NCBI GenBank assembly: GCA_002238505.1
Contig: MPMM01000008.1
Location: forward strand, 34,589-98,588
Direction of reading: 5' to 3'
Length of the DNA: 64,000 nt
From: SAR202 cluster bacterium bin22
GTDB taxonomy: Bacteria; Chloroflexota; Dehalococcoidia; Lucifugimonadales; UBA3495
The notes under the pieces were generated by a model. That model was not told the origin of the DNA, did no database searches, and saw only the letters and a program-made list of their open reading frames with translations. Below, piece by piece: positions 53,760-63,636 of the stretch (its first letter is position 1; every line of letters begins with the position of its first letter). Position numbers and translations under genes: made by a program.

Positions 53760-54485
53760 TTGCGTCATTACGAACTTGTTACCATCCTTAGCCCCATGCT
53801 TAGCCAGGACCAGGCCACCGAAGCCTGGGGACAGATTAACGACTTCATTACCAACCGCGAAGGGGATATCTTCCAGGAACAGCCCTGGGGCACTCGCCGG
53901 TTGGCCTATCCCATTCACCAGGGTTCCTACCACTTTTTGGAAGGAAACTACCGTCTTATCCGGTTCTCCACGGAAAGGCCCTTCAACCAGGCCCTGGAGA
54001 ACTTCCTGAAATTTGACGAGAGGGTCTTGCGCTCCCTGGTCATTTCCATACCCGACCGGGAGATTCTGCCCGATCCGGTGGCAGCCAGGCCCGCTCCCGC
54101 CGCCGCGACTGCGACTCCTGCGGAGGGTGGCGCAGAATCGTCTGCCGAGGCCACCAGCGAGACCGCCACCGAAGCAGCAGCCGAGGCAACTCCTGAAGCC
54201 GCCCAAGCCCCTGCCGCCGAAGCGGAAGAGGCCCCTGCGGCCGAGGCCGTAACCGAAGAAGAAACCCCGGCTGCTCAAGCAGAAGAGACCCCATCGTCTG
54301 AAGCCGCCGAAGCCCCCGCCGCTGAAGCTGAAGAGGCTCCCGTGGCCGAGGCAACTCCAGAAGCAGCCGAAGCCGTCACCGAAGAAGAGGCCCCGACTGC
54401 TGAAGCGGAAGAGGCTCCTGCAGCCGAGGCCGAAACCCCCGCTGAGACATCGGATGCCCCCGCCGAAGAAGAGTCCCAGGCTTAG
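53760..54485 (+). CDS. rpsF: 30S ribosomal protein S6 with ~140-aa A/E/P/T-rich C-terminal extension
   Basis: 'MRHYELVTILSP...WGTRRLAYPI..GNYRLIRF' is the S6 core (aa 1-~100). This is followed by 'AAEAEEAPAAEA...' low complexity to aa 241. Confidence 0.9.
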   Translation: MRHYELVTILSPMLSQDQATEAWGQINDFITNREGDIFQEQPWGTRRLAYPIHQGSYHFLEGNYRLIRFSTERPFNQALENFLKFDERVLRSLVISIPDREILPDPVAARPAPAAATATPAEGGAESSAEATSETATEAAAEATPEAAQAPAAEAEEAPAAEAVTEEETPAAQAEETPSSEAAEAPAAEAEEAPVAEATPEAAEAVTEEEAPTAEAEEAPAAEAETPAETSDAPAEEESQA

Positions 54486-54494
54486 GCAGAAGAC

Positions 54495-54992
54495 GTGCAC
54501 AAGATTGTTATCATAGGTAATCTGGGCCGCGACCCGGAAATGCGTTACACTCCCAATGGACAGGGCGTAACCTCATTCAGCGTGGCTTCTTCTCGCCGCT
54601 ACCGCACCGCTGATGGTGAGCAGCGGGAGGAGACCATGTGGTTCAACATCAATGCCTGGGGACGGAACGCGGAAATCTGTAACCAGTACCTTACAAGGGG
54701 AAGGCAAGTGTACATCGAAGGTACATTGACCACCCGGATCTTCACCGGCAGCGACGGGCAGCCCCGAGTGTCCAATGATGTTCGTATGACAGAGATGCAG
54801 ATGCTTGCTGGTCCCCGCGACGGCGGGATGGAAGACGACCGCGCTCCCTACGGCGGAGACATGGGCCGCGGTGGAATGGATGACTATAACAACAATCCCG
54901 GCGGCTACGGGGGCGGCGGCATGGCTGGCGAACGCAGCATGAGCGGCGGCTTCGGCAACCAGTCCGACGATATCGACGACCTGCCTTTCTAG
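54495..54992 (+). CDS. ssb: single-stranded DNA-binding protein
   Basis: 'IIGNLGRDPEMRYTPNGQGVTSFSVA', 'WFNINAWGRNAE', Gly-rich tail ending 'DDIDDLPF'. GTG start. Confidence 0.9.
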   Translation: MHKIVIIGNLGRDPEMRYTPNGQGVTSFSVASSRRYRTADGEQREETMWFNINAWGRNAEICNQYLTRGRQVYIEGTLTTRIFTGSDGQPRVSNDVRMTEMQMLAGPRDGGMEDDRAPYGGDMGRGGMDDYNNNPGGYGGGGMAGERSMSGGFGNQSDDIDDLPF

Positions 54993-55055
54993 CCCAACCC
55001 GTTGACCCTGGTACTCGGCAATTGTCCTGATTTATAGCGGAGGAACAGTACAGGA

Positions 55056-55478
55056 ATGACTACACCCGCACCGGCAACACCCACAACCCCGGAACAGCCG
55101 GCCCAGGCCAGCCCAAGCCCCAGTCCCAGCCCCGCTCCTGCAGGGCAGGGTCCCAGGCCCGGTGGCCCCGGCGGTTACCAGCAGCGCGGCCCGCGCCCGG
55201 CGGGAGGACCCCGACCCGGCGGCCGTCCCCGGGGACGTTATGCGCCGCGACGGCGGGTATGTTCCTTCTGCGTGGAACACGTCAAGCATATCGACTACAA
55301 GGACTACGAGCGACTGCGCCGCTACGTGTCCGACCGGGCCAAGATTGAGCCCCGTCGCAAGAGTGGCGTATGCGCCAAGCACCAGCGGGCCCTGAGCAAC
55401 GCCATCAAGCGTGCCCGGCACCTGGCCCTGTTGCCCTTCGTTCCCATGCAGACCATGCGCAGCGGCATCCGCCGCTAG
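55056..55478 (+). CDS. rpsR: 30S ribosomal protein S18 with ~65-aa P/G-rich N-terminal extension
   Basis: Core '[60 protein letters not shown]'. Confidence 0.9.
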   Translation: MTTPAPATPTTPEQPAQASPSPSPSPAPAGQGPRPGGPGGYQQRGPRPAGGPRPGGRPRGRYAPRRRVCSFCVEHVKHIDYKDYERLRRYVSDRAKIEPRRKSGVCAKHQRALSNAIKRARHLALLPFVPMQTMRSGIRR

Positions 55479-55512
55479 CCGCGTCAGGTTCGCTTCCCAG
55501 GTTTCGAAATAC

Positions 55513-55548
55513 GGCTGAGCTTTCCAAGCGGAAAGCTCGGCTTTCGTT
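55513..55548 (+). terminator. intrinsic terminator after rpsR
   Basis: ggctgagctttcc-aagc-ggaaagctcggc followed by tttcgtt. Confidence 0.7.
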
Positions 55549-55630
55549 GGGCAGTAGAGTCCGCCGGCTGGTCTCCTCCGTAATACCTGCCAGGCGGCCC
55601 AAATTTACCGGATATCCCTAGAGGTCAAGG

Positions 55631-56866
55631 ATGGTCTTTCCCCGGTCCCCCGAAGAATCCCTTCCCCAGGCTCCTACGCAACGCCGGCGTCGGCGAAGGC
55701 GGATGTCGGCCGAGGATGCCCAAAGGCAATCGGAACGCCGCGTCCAGGAACGCCGCCGCCAGAAAATCGCCCTGGGCATCGGCGCGGCCCTGGTCCTGGT
55801 TGTTGTCGCTATCGTTAGCATTGGTTACTATGTGGAATTCTACAAGCCCCCCCGGGAACTGGCCGGCCAGGTGCGGGACGTGCGTTTCACCATGGGCGAC
55901 CTGGTGGACCGCATACGGGTTCTCCAGGGCGTCAACCGCTACCAGGGCGGACGGGTTGACCTCAGCACGGTCCCCTTCGAGTACCTTCAGAATATGATCC
56001 AGGCGGAGATTATCCGCCAGGCTGCCCCGGGACTGGGCTTCAGCGTTACCGACGAGAACATCGACCAGGAACTGCGCCGCCGCTTCCGCCCCATTCCCCC
56101 GCCAGGACAACAGGTGGACGAAGGCCAGCTTGACCAGGAATACGCCAACGGCCTGACTACCTTCCTGACCTCCACCAAGCTGTCGGAGGATGACTACCGC
56201 AGGCTGGTGGAAGAGGAACTGTTGCGCAGTCAGCTTTCCCTGCTCATTGACGCCGGTATTCCCGACGAAATGGAGCAGGTAGAGGTGGCCTGGATCCGGA
56301 TGGATCAGGACGGAGCCGCTGACCCCCAGGAGGTCCGCAACCGTCTGCAAAGAGAAAGCTTTGCCCAGGTGGCTGCCGAGGTCAATGTTCCCGACGGCTT
56401 TACCAATCCCGAGGGCTACGTCGGCTGGGTTCCCGAGGGCGCCTTCCCCGAGTTGGACGATGAACTCTACGGAAACCCGGCCAGGGAACTGGAACCGCTG
56501 CCCGCCGGCGAAACCAGCGAGCCCATTTTTACCCAGGAAGGCGTGTACATTATCCACATAATTACCGGTCCTGAAGTGCAGCCGCTGCGTGGCTTCCAGG
56601 CCCTTGCCGATATGGGGGAGGGCGAATTCGAAAGCCTTACCCAGGAAGAACGCGAAGCCATTCGCCAGGAACTGCGTATTCGGGGCAAGCTGGCCCAGCA
56701 AGAAGTTGACCAGTGGTTCGAGGACCAGATTTCCCGTGGCTCCGACGAGGAGTGGCTGAAAATCCGGTTCGACAGCGAACTCTACGGCTGGGTTGCCGAC
56801 CAGGTACAGCTATCGGCTCCCCGGGTTTCCGGGGGCCCGCCCGTAGGTGGCCCCGGTGTCCCCTAG
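55631..56866 (+). CDS. membrane-anchored SurA/PpiD-like chaperone with degenerate parvulin PPIase domain
   Basis: Basic N-terminus, TM segment 'IALGIGAALVLVVVAIVSIGYY', SurA-N-like helical part, then 'FAQVAAEVNVPDGFTNPEGYVGWVPEGAFPELD...GETSEPIFTQEGVYIIHI'. Confidence 0.6.
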   Translation: MVFPRSPEESLPQAPTQRRRRRRRMSAEDAQRQSERRVQERRRQKIALGIGAALVLVVVAIVSIGYYVEFYKPPRELAGQVRDVRFTMGDLVDRIRVLQGVNRYQGGRVDLSTVPFEYLQNMIQAEIIRQAAPGLGFSVTDENIDQELRRRFRPIPPPGQQVDEGQLDQEYANGLTTFLTSTKLSEDDYRRLVEEELLRSQLSLLIDAGIPDEMEQVEVAWIRMDQDGAADPQEVRNRLQRESFAQVAAEVNVPDGFTNPEGYVGWVPEGAFPELDDELYGNPARELEPLPAGETSEPIFTQEGVYIIHIITGPEVQPLRGFQALADMGEGEFESLTQEEREAIRQELRIRGKLAQQEVDQWFEDQISRGSDEEWLKIRFDSELYGWVADQVQLSAPRVSGGPPVGGPGVP

Positions 56867-57039
56867 CAGGCCAACAGATTTGAAATGATGACTGCCAAAT
56901 CTGTTTCGTCATTCCGGCCTTGAGCCGGAATCCAGGCAGGTTGCGAAAGGTCAACTGCCTGGTACAAGAGAGGCTCTGGATTCCGGCTTTTGCCGGAAAG
57001 ACGGTTAAACTCCAACCCTTCATTACAATGCTGTTGAAG
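56867..57039. mobile_element. MITE-like element, family 2 (long copy)
   Basis: Termini match 22546-22650 in inverse orientation. The internal part has the 'tcgtcattccggc..gccggaatcc' module and a long hairpin (ccggaatccaggcagg...cctggt..ctggattccgg). It starts immediately after the TAG stop at 56864-56866. Confidence 0.6.
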
Positions 57040-57287
57040 TACTAACAGTTGTTTCAAAGTCCCTTCCCCCGTCAAGGGGGAAGGCCGGGATGGGGTGACG
57101 TGTTGCGGACATCGATTGTCCACCGGCATCCGACACAGCGGCCGCTTGTCTTGAAACAGATTCTGGCTGTTCAACTACTTTGGAATGATGAACGATTCTC
57201 AATTTGCCCTGAGTCTGCCCGGGGCCGGCTGCGAATCAAGTCCCGGCAAAACCTTCACTGCAATTTTGATGGGCCGTTAAGCTGTTT

Positions 57288-58595
57288 ATGAGCGATTTAT
57301 CCCACGGTAACCCGATAAATGTTGGGCTGCTCGGTCTGGGCGTGGTCGGCGGTGGCGTTGCCGCCACTCTGCTGGAACACTCCGAAAGCATCGCGGCCAA
57401 GGTTGGCCGTCCGGTCAACCTGAAGAAGGTACTGGTTCGCGACGCCGCCAGAAAGCGGGACGTGTCAGTTCCCGACAGCCTGATCACCACCAACCCCGAG
57501 GACATTCTTTCCGACCCCGATATACCCCTGGTGGTAGAGGTGATTGGGGGCGAAAGCCCCGCTGCCCAGTACCTCAAAGATGCCCTCCAGTCCGGCAAGC
57601 ATGTGGTTACGGCCAACAAGGAGGTTATGGCCAAGCGGGGGCCCGAGCTATTGTCCGTGGCCAGCCGCAATGGCGTAAGCCTGTTGTACGAGGCCAGTGT
57701 GGGTGGCGGCATACCCATTATCGGGTGTCTGGTCAAGGAACTGGTGGCCAACCGGTTCCACTCCGTCCGCAGCATAATCAACGGGACCACTAACTACATC
57801 CTGACCCGTATGGCCAACGACCACACCGACTTTAGCCTGGCGCTGGCTGAAGCCCAGGAAAGGGGCTATGCCGAGGCCGACCCCACCAACGATATTGAGG
57901 GCTTTGACGCAGTTTACAAACTCTCCATCCTGGCCGGCCTGGCTTTCCACCGCCGTGTGCCTCCGGAAAGCATCTATCGCGAAGGCATCACCCGCCTCCA
58001 GCCCCAGGACTTCAGGTACGCCCACGAACTGGGTTACGCCATCAAGTCCCTGGCTATAGCCACTGAAGAAGGGGGCGCGATTCAGGCCCGAGTGTATCCG
58101 GCCCTGGTTCCCCAGGATAATATGTTGGCAAAGGTGGATGGGGTGTATAATGCGGTGGAAGTGGAGGGGAGCCTCTGCGGTCGGGTGCTGATTCACGGAC
58201 GGGGAGCCGGTCGCGGCCCCACCACCAGCGCGGTGGTGGGAGATCTGGTTGAAATCGCCAGGAACATTAGCTCCGGTTCTACCCCCTTGCCGTCAGTTGC
58301 CCCGGAAGATTCGGGCCAGACCAGGTCAATTGATGACCTGGAATGCCAGTACTTCCTGCGGCTTAACATTGCCGACCGCCCCGGGGTGCTGGCTCAAATT
58401 GCCCGCATTCTGGGCGACCAGAATATCAGCATAGCGTCGGTGCTGCAGAAGGATGCCAACCCCGAGGCGCAAACGGCGGAAATCGTAATAACCACCCACC
58501 CCGCGCGGGAATTATGGGTGCAGAGGGCCCTTCAACAGGCGGAGGACCTGGAGGTAGTTCAGGAAATCAATAGCCTGTTGCGTATCGAGGACTAG
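57288..58595 (+). CDS. hom: homoserine dehydrogenase (with C-terminal ACT domain)
   Basis: '[13 protein letters not shown]', '[10 protein letters not shown]', '[12 protein letters not shown]', '[10 protein letters not shown]'. Confidence 0.9.
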   Translation: MSDLSHGNPINVGLLGLGVVGGGVAATLLEHSESIAAKVGRPVNLKKVLVRDAARKRDVSVPDSLITTNPEDILSDPDIPLVVEVIGGESPAAQYLKDALQSGKHVVTANKEVMAKRGPELLSVASRNGVSLLYEASVGGGIPIIGCLVKELVANRFHSVRSIINGTTNYILTRMANDHTDFSLALAEAQERGYAEADPTNDIEGFDAVYKLSILAGLAFHRRVPPESIYREGITRLQPQDFRYAHELGYAIKSLAIATEEGGAIQARVYPALVPQDNMLAKVDGVYNAVEVEGSLCGRVLIHGRGAGRGPTTSAVVGDLVEIARNISSGSTPLPSVAPEDSGQTRSIDDLECQYFLRLNIADRPGVLAQIARILGDQNISIASVLQKDANPEAQTAEIVITTHPARELWVQRALQQAEDLEVVQEINSLLRIED

Positions 58596-58615
58596 CAAGG
58601 GCTGCGTGCAAAAGT

Positions 58616-59674
58616 ATGGGCGTCGGCGTACTAAAGAAATACGGAGAGTTCCTGCCTCTTACCGAGGATACCCCCATTTTTTCCCTGGGTGAGGGCGACA
58701 CGCCCCTGGTCAAGTCCAACCGCCTGGGAAAGGAACTGGGTTGCAAGGAGCTTTACTTCAAGCTGGAGGGCTGCAACCCCACCGGCTCCTTCAAAGACCG
58801 TGGCATGGTGGTAGCCATCGCCAAGGCCGTGGAAGAAGGGGCGGTGGGTATTATGTGCGCCTCCACCGGCAACACCAGCGCCTCGGCGGCGGCCTACAGC
58901 GCATATCTGGATCTTCGGGCCTTTGTCCTGATTCCCAAAGGGGAGGTGGCGCTGGGCAAACTCGCCCAGGCTATGGCCTACGGCGCCAGGATAATCATGG
59001 TGGACGGCAATTTCGATGCCGCCCTTGCCCTGGTCCGCGAATTTACCCAAAATCACCCCATAACCCTGGTTAACTCCGTAAATCCCCACCGCATTGAAGG
59101 CCAGAAAACCGCCGCCTTCGAAATCGCCGACGTTCTGGGCGACGCCCCCGATTACCTTTTCATACCCGTGGGCAACGCTGGCAACATTACCGCCTACTGG
59201 AAGGGTTTTGTCGAATACCATCAACTGGAACGCACCCGGACGCTTCCTCGCATGATGGGCTTCCAGGCAGCCGGCGCCGCCCCCATAGTTCACGGTCATC
59301 CCATTGCCAATCCCCAGACTATCGCCTCTGCCATTCGCATCGGGAACCCTGCAAGTTGGCAGCAGGCCCTGAAGGCAAGGGACGATTCCGGCGGCACCAT
59401 CGACAAGGTCAGCGACGACGAAATTCTGGAAGCGTATCGGCTTCTTGCCTCCCGCGAAGGGCTCTTTGGCGAACCTGCCTCGGCCGCATCTGTGGCCGGA
59501 CTGATAAAGCAGGTGAAGCAGGGGTTGAATCTGTCCGAGCGGCGTGTAGTATGTATCATTACCGGGTCCGGCCTGAAGGACCCCGATCTGGCCGTCAGCA
59601 GCGTGACTGCCCAGACTATTGAAGTGGAACCAACCATGGAAGCGGTAGAGGCGGCAGCCCTGGCCACCGCTTAA
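58616..59674 (+). CDS. thrC: threonine synthase
   Basis: '[10 protein letters not shown]', '[14 protein letters not shown]' (PLP-Lys), '[13 protein letters not shown]'. Confidence 0.9.
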   Translation: MGVGVLKKYGEFLPLTEDTPIFSLGEGDTPLVKSNRLGKELGCKELYFKLEGCNPTGSFKDRGMVVAIAKAVEEGAVGIMCASTGNTSASAAAYSAYLDLRAFVLIPKGEVALGKLAQAMAYGARIIMVDGNFDAALALVREFTQNHPITLVNSVNPHRIEGQKTAAFEIADVLGDAPDYLFIPVGNAGNITAYWKGFVEYHQLERTRTLPRMMGFQAAGAAPIVHGHPIANPQTIASAIRIGNPASWQQALKARDDSGGTIDKVSDDEILEAYRLLASREGLFGEPASAASVAGLIKQVKQGLNLSERRVVCIITGSGLKDPDLAVSSVTAQTIEVEPTMEAVEAAALATA

Positions 59675-59747
59675 CTGCGCACCCTGATTTTCCCAGAGGG
59701 CGGTTAATACCATTCAGTCCAGCATCGAACATATCGTCGCGGACCTG

Positions 59748-60269
59748 TTGTCCGCGATGGGTGAAGACCCTCAGCGTCAGGGTTTGCGGGATACACCCCA
59801 GCGGGTGGCCCGCATGTACGGTGAACTGTTTTCCGGCGTGGGCATCGACCCCCAGGATGCCATAGACGCCGTCTTCGATGAAGAAAGCTCCGACCCTGTG
59901 GTCCTCCGTAACGTCTCCTTTTATTCCATGTGCGAGCATCACCTGCTTCCCTTTTTCGGTACCGCCCGCATGGCATACATCCCCAACGGCAGAATAGCCG
60001 GAATCAGCAAGCTGTCCCGGGCCCTCGACCTGGCCTGTCGGCGTCCCCAGGTCCAGGAACGGCTGACGGGACAGGTGGCCGATGCCATTTGCGCTGCCCT
60101 GGCTCCCCAGGGTGTGGTGGTGGAACTGGAGGCGGAGCACCTGTGCATGGCCATGCGCGGGGTGCAAAAGCCCGGCGCCAGAATGGTTACGACTGCCGTC
60201 CGCGGCAATTTCCCCGATGGCAGGTGGACCCATGACAGCCTCCTGGCCCTGCTGCGGAGGGATGCCTGA
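59748..60269 (+). CDS. folE: GTP cyclohydrolase I (FolE)
   Basis: 'GLRDTPQRVARMY', 'FYSMCEHHLLPFFG', 'RRPQVQERLT'. TTG start from the track. The frame is open from 59688, but no better start codon is seen. Confidence 0.85.
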   Translation: MSAMGEDPQRQGLRDTPQRVARMYGELFSGVGIDPQDAIDAVFDEESSDPVVLRNVSFYSMCEHHLLPFFGTARMAYIPNGRIAGISKLSRALDLACRRPQVQERLTGQVADAICAALAPQGVVVELEAEHLCMAMRGVQKPGARMVTTAVRGNFPDGRWTHDSLLALLRRDA

Positions 60270-61260
60270 TTTGACCCAGGGCCGCAGCACCACTCCCCTG
60301 AACTCCTTTGAGGAAATTCGCAGCGAATGGCTGAATTTGCTGGAAGAATGCCCCGTTAACACCTTCTACCTGATGCCCCAGTGGCAGGAAATCTGGTGGG
60401 AAGCCTTCCGTGACAGCCGCGAAATGGCCGGTTTCTACCTGAAGCAGTCCGATGGTGTCACCGCCATTGCCTCCCTGGCCCGCCAGGGCGACGAAATGTC
60501 CTTCGTGGGTAACACCGAAACCTTTGACTACAACGACTTCATGATTCGTCCCGGCAGCGAGGACGACTTCTTCTCCGCCCTGATCGGCTGGCTGGGCCAG
60601 GAGGACATCAGGGCTTTGGAACTGCCCTCGTTGATTGAGAACTCCCCCACCCTCGAGTACCTCCCCGGCCTGGCTCGCCAGCAGGGGTATTCTGTGGAAG
60701 TCATCGAGGAAGACGTGACCCCCGGCCTGGACCTGCCCGACAGCTGGGACCAATACCTGGCCGGCCTCACCAAGAAGAACCGCCACGAACTCCGACGCAA
60801 GCTTCGCAGGCTGGAAGGAGTGGAAGGCTGGCGCTGGTACTGCGTCCAGGATCCCGAATCCATCGACACTCGCCTGGACGACTTCCTGGCCCTGATGCGC
60901 CAAAGTGATCCGGAAAAAGATGCCTACATGACCTCCGAGCGGGAGGCTTTCTTCCGTCGCATCGCCCGTCGCACCGCCGAACTGGATATGCTCCGTCTCT
61001 TTTTCCTGGAAATGGACGGGCAGGATGTGGCGACGTCGCTCTGTTTCGACTATAACGGCACCCGTTTCCTTTACAACAGCGGCTATAATCCTGAATACGG
61101 TTACTACAGCGTAGGTCTGCTGCTCAATGCCCTCTGCCTCCGCGAAGCCATCGAGCAGGGCAAGACCTACTTCGACTTTCTGCGAGGACCCGAGCCTTAC
61201 AAATACCACCTGGGCGGCCTTGACCGGACCATATATCGCATGGTTGTAAGTAAACCCTGA
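60262..61260 (+). CDS. GNAT-type acetyltransferase (CelD/BioF2-like, Acetyltransf_6-like)
   Basis: 'FYLMPQWQEIWWEAF' N-terminus and 'YFDFLRGPEPYKYHLGG' C-terminal motif. The ATG at 60262 overlaps the folE stop (ATGCCTGA). The track ORF from 60082 lies inside folE and was rejected. Confidence 0.65.
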   Translation: MPDLTQGRSTTPLNSFEEIRSEWLNLLEECPVNTFYLMPQWQEIWWEAFRDSREMAGFYLKQSDGVTAIASLARQGDEMSFVGNTETFDYNDFMIRPGSEDDFFSALIGWLGQEDIRALELPSLIENSPTLEYLPGLARQQGYSVEVIEEDVTPGLDLPDSWDQYLAGLTKKNRHELRRKLRRLEGVEGWRWYCVQDPESIDTRLDDFLALMRQSDPEKDAYMTSEREAFFRRIARRTAELDMLRLFFLEMDGQDVATSLCFDYNGTRFLYNSGYNPEYGYYSVGLLLNALCLREAIEQGKTYFDFLRGPEPYKYHLGGLDRTIYRMVVSKP

Positions 61261-61273
61261 GGGTAGGCTTTCG

Positions 61274-62509
61274 GTGAACGAAGCAAGAGTAGCCTTCATT
61301 TCCTTTCATGCCAGCCCCCTGATGGCCCCGGGCGAAGGCAAGGCCGGGGGTATGAACGTTTACGTTCGGCAACTGGCCCGGGCCCTGGGCAATGTCGGCA
61401 TACCCGTTGACGTATTCACCCGCGAGCACCGTCCGGGCGCCACCTCCGCGAACATGGTGGAAAGCCTCTCGGACAACACCCGGGTAATCCACCTCCCAGC
61501 CGGCGAACCCGATACGCCCATGGAGGACTTTTTCGACCTCCTGCCCCGCTTCCTGGCTGAGATGCAGCACTTTACCCGCCGGAACCGTTTGCAGTACCGT
61601 GCCGTTCACTCTCACTACTGGCTGTCGGGGTGGCTGGGCCAGAGATTCAGCCGCTGGCTGGACATTCCCCACGTCATCACCTTCCATACCCTCTCCCGCA
61701 TCAAAATGCAGTCTCGCCCCGGCGAGCGGGAACCCCTCCAGCGGCAGGAAGTGGAAGAACAGATAATCAATTCCGCCGACCGCATAGTGGCCTTCAGCCC
61801 TCACGAGCGGGACGCCATGTCGCGCCTCTACGGCGCCGACGTCAATCGCATTCAACTGGCCCCCTGTGGAGTTGATCTGGGCACTTTCCGTCCTCTGGAC
61901 CGGGAGGAGTCCCGGCGTCAGCTTGGCCTTAACGGGGACAAAGTCCTGCTTTGCGTGGGCCGTATCGAGTCCCTGAAGGGCGTTGAACTGCTTGTCCGCA
62001 CCACGGCCCAGCTGGATACCTGCGAACCCGTGCGGGTACTGGTAGTGGGCGACGATAACGGACAGGACCGGGAAGTGGATCGCCTGCGGGAACTGGCCGA
62101 AAGCCTGGAAGTTGGCGACACCATCGACTTTGTTGGACGGGTTGCCCAGGAAGAACTGCCCGTCTATTACAGCGCTGCCGATGTTTGCGTCGTGCCCTCC
62201 TTTTACGAAAGTTTCGGGCTGGCCGCCCTGGAGTCCATGGCCTGCGGCACGCCGGTGGTAGCCTCAAGGGTGGGTGGCCTTTCCACCGTCATCCAGCATG
62301 GCAGCACAGGGTATCTGAAGTCCTGGCGTTGCCCCGAAGCTTTCGCTAACTCTCTTGAAATGCTAATATCAAGCAAGAGCCTGCAGCAGAGCATGGGCTT
62401 GGCCGCCCGGCGCCGTGCAGAAGATATGAGCTGGGACAAAGTGGCCGAACAGATTGCCGGAATTTACGATATTCTGGCCATGGAAAGAGCCGCCCCTGGC
62501 GCGGCCTGA
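61274..62509 (+). CDS. GT4 glycosyltransferase, MshA-like
   Basis: 'VAFISFHASPLMAPGEGKAGGMNVYVRQLARALGNVGIPVDVFTR' closely parallels the MshA N-terminus. 'PSFYESFGLAALESMACGTPVVASRVGGL' is the GT4 E-x7-E region. Confidence 0.8.
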   Translation: MNEARVAFISFHASPLMAPGEGKAGGMNVYVRQLARALGNVGIPVDVFTREHRPGATSANMVESLSDNTRVIHLPAGEPDTPMEDFFDLLPRFLAEMQHFTRRNRLQYRAVHSHYWLSGWLGQRFSRWLDIPHVITFHTLSRIKMQSRPGEREPLQRQEVEEQIINSADRIVAFSPHERDAMSRLYGADVNRIQLAPCGVDLGTFRPLDREESRRQLGLNGDKVLLCVGRIESLKGVELLVRTTAQLDTCEPVRVLVVGDDNGQDREVDRLRELAESLEVGDTIDFVGRVAQEELPVYYSAADVCVVPSFYESFGLAALESMACGTPVVASRVGGLSTVIQHGSTGYLKSWRCPEAFANSLEMLISSKSLQQSMGLAARRRAEDMSWDKVAEQIAGIYDILAMERAAPGAA

Positions 62510-62725
62510 ATATTCTTGAAAGACGTTTCCGGGCGCTAAAGCTTCCCCTTTCACGCTCCGCCCTTAATTCGCTGTTGTGATGAATTGAGGAGCAGTCAAT
62601 GCTCTTCCGGTCTGGCGTGTTTTCTCCGCTGGTAGCACCGGTCTTGTATTCACGGTATTTCGATCTCGAATACCGGGGTGCGTGGAATCTTGCTCATTCC
62701 CACCCCGGCTTAAAAGGCACGGTAA

Positions 62726-63403
62726 TTGTCTATGGCCCGATCCAATGATGAGGAACGGAGTTTTCCCCGCAAGATAATATTTCATTTTGAGGCAACGCTG
62801 GCTGCCGGCCTGCTGGTAATTCTGCCGCTCTTCATCACCATATGGATCCTCAAGTTCATTTTCGACCTGGTTGACCCCGTGGTAAAGGACTTGATCATCG
62901 ACAGGCTGCCTGGCCCCCACTATCCAGGCACGGGCGTTGGCGTCATGCTGGTGCTGCTCTACATCGCCGGGTGGTTCACCACTCACGGTCTGGGTCAGCG
63001 GATGATTAACGGCGTCCATTGGCTGGTCGAACGCATTCCCGGCATCGGAAGCATTTACAGTCCTTTGCGCAGCGCCATGCAGACCTTGAGCCGCGGCGAG
63101 GACCATCCCTACCGGGGCGTTGTGCTGGTGGAGTTTCCCCGCCAGGGGTCCAAGTCCCTCGGACTGATTACTTCCTACCTGGGTGAGGTTGATGGCGAAG
63201 ACAAGGTGGCGGTTTACGTTCCCACCACTCCGGTCCCTTCCTCCGGCTTCCTGATTGTCGTGCCCTACTCCGACGTCACTTTTACCGACATTACCGTGGA
63301 TGACGCCATGAAGATCATCATCTCCGGTGGTCTTCTCGCCGGCTCCCTCATGGCTGAGTTGAATGTGGAGGTTCCGGTTATCAACGAACGCGAGCACGAC
63401 TGA
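62726..63403 (+). CDS. DUF502 membrane protein
   Basis: 'GLLVILPLFITIWILKFIFDLVD' and 'TPVPSSGFLIVVP'. Confidence 0.75.
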   Translation: MSMARSNDEERSFPRKIIFHFEATLAAGLLVILPLFITIWILKFIFDLVDPVVKDLIIDRLPGPHYPGTGVGVMLVLLYIAGWFTTHGLGQRMINGVHWLVERIPGIGSIYSPLRSAMQTLSRGEDHPYRGVVLVEFPRQGSKSLGLITSYLGEVDGEDKVAVYVPTTPVPSSGFLIVVPYSDVTFTDITVDDAMKIIISGGLLAGSLMAELNVEVPVINEREHD

Positions 63404-63636
63404 AGGGTCTTGCCAGGGCCCCTTTGCCTGCTAGGTATTTCCTGCAGGCACATATCCCTCAACCGTACCACCGGTTCCTATCCCCTTGGCTCCTGCGCCC
63501 TCAACTCCCGTAACCGACAGAAAAGCTGCTCCGCTGTCCAGTCACCCGTGACTGGTTCAGGTTTACAACCCCGGTTGCGACTCCCATAATGGCCCCACTT
63601 CTGCGGAGTCCATTTCAGGAACACCTTGGAGGCAGT

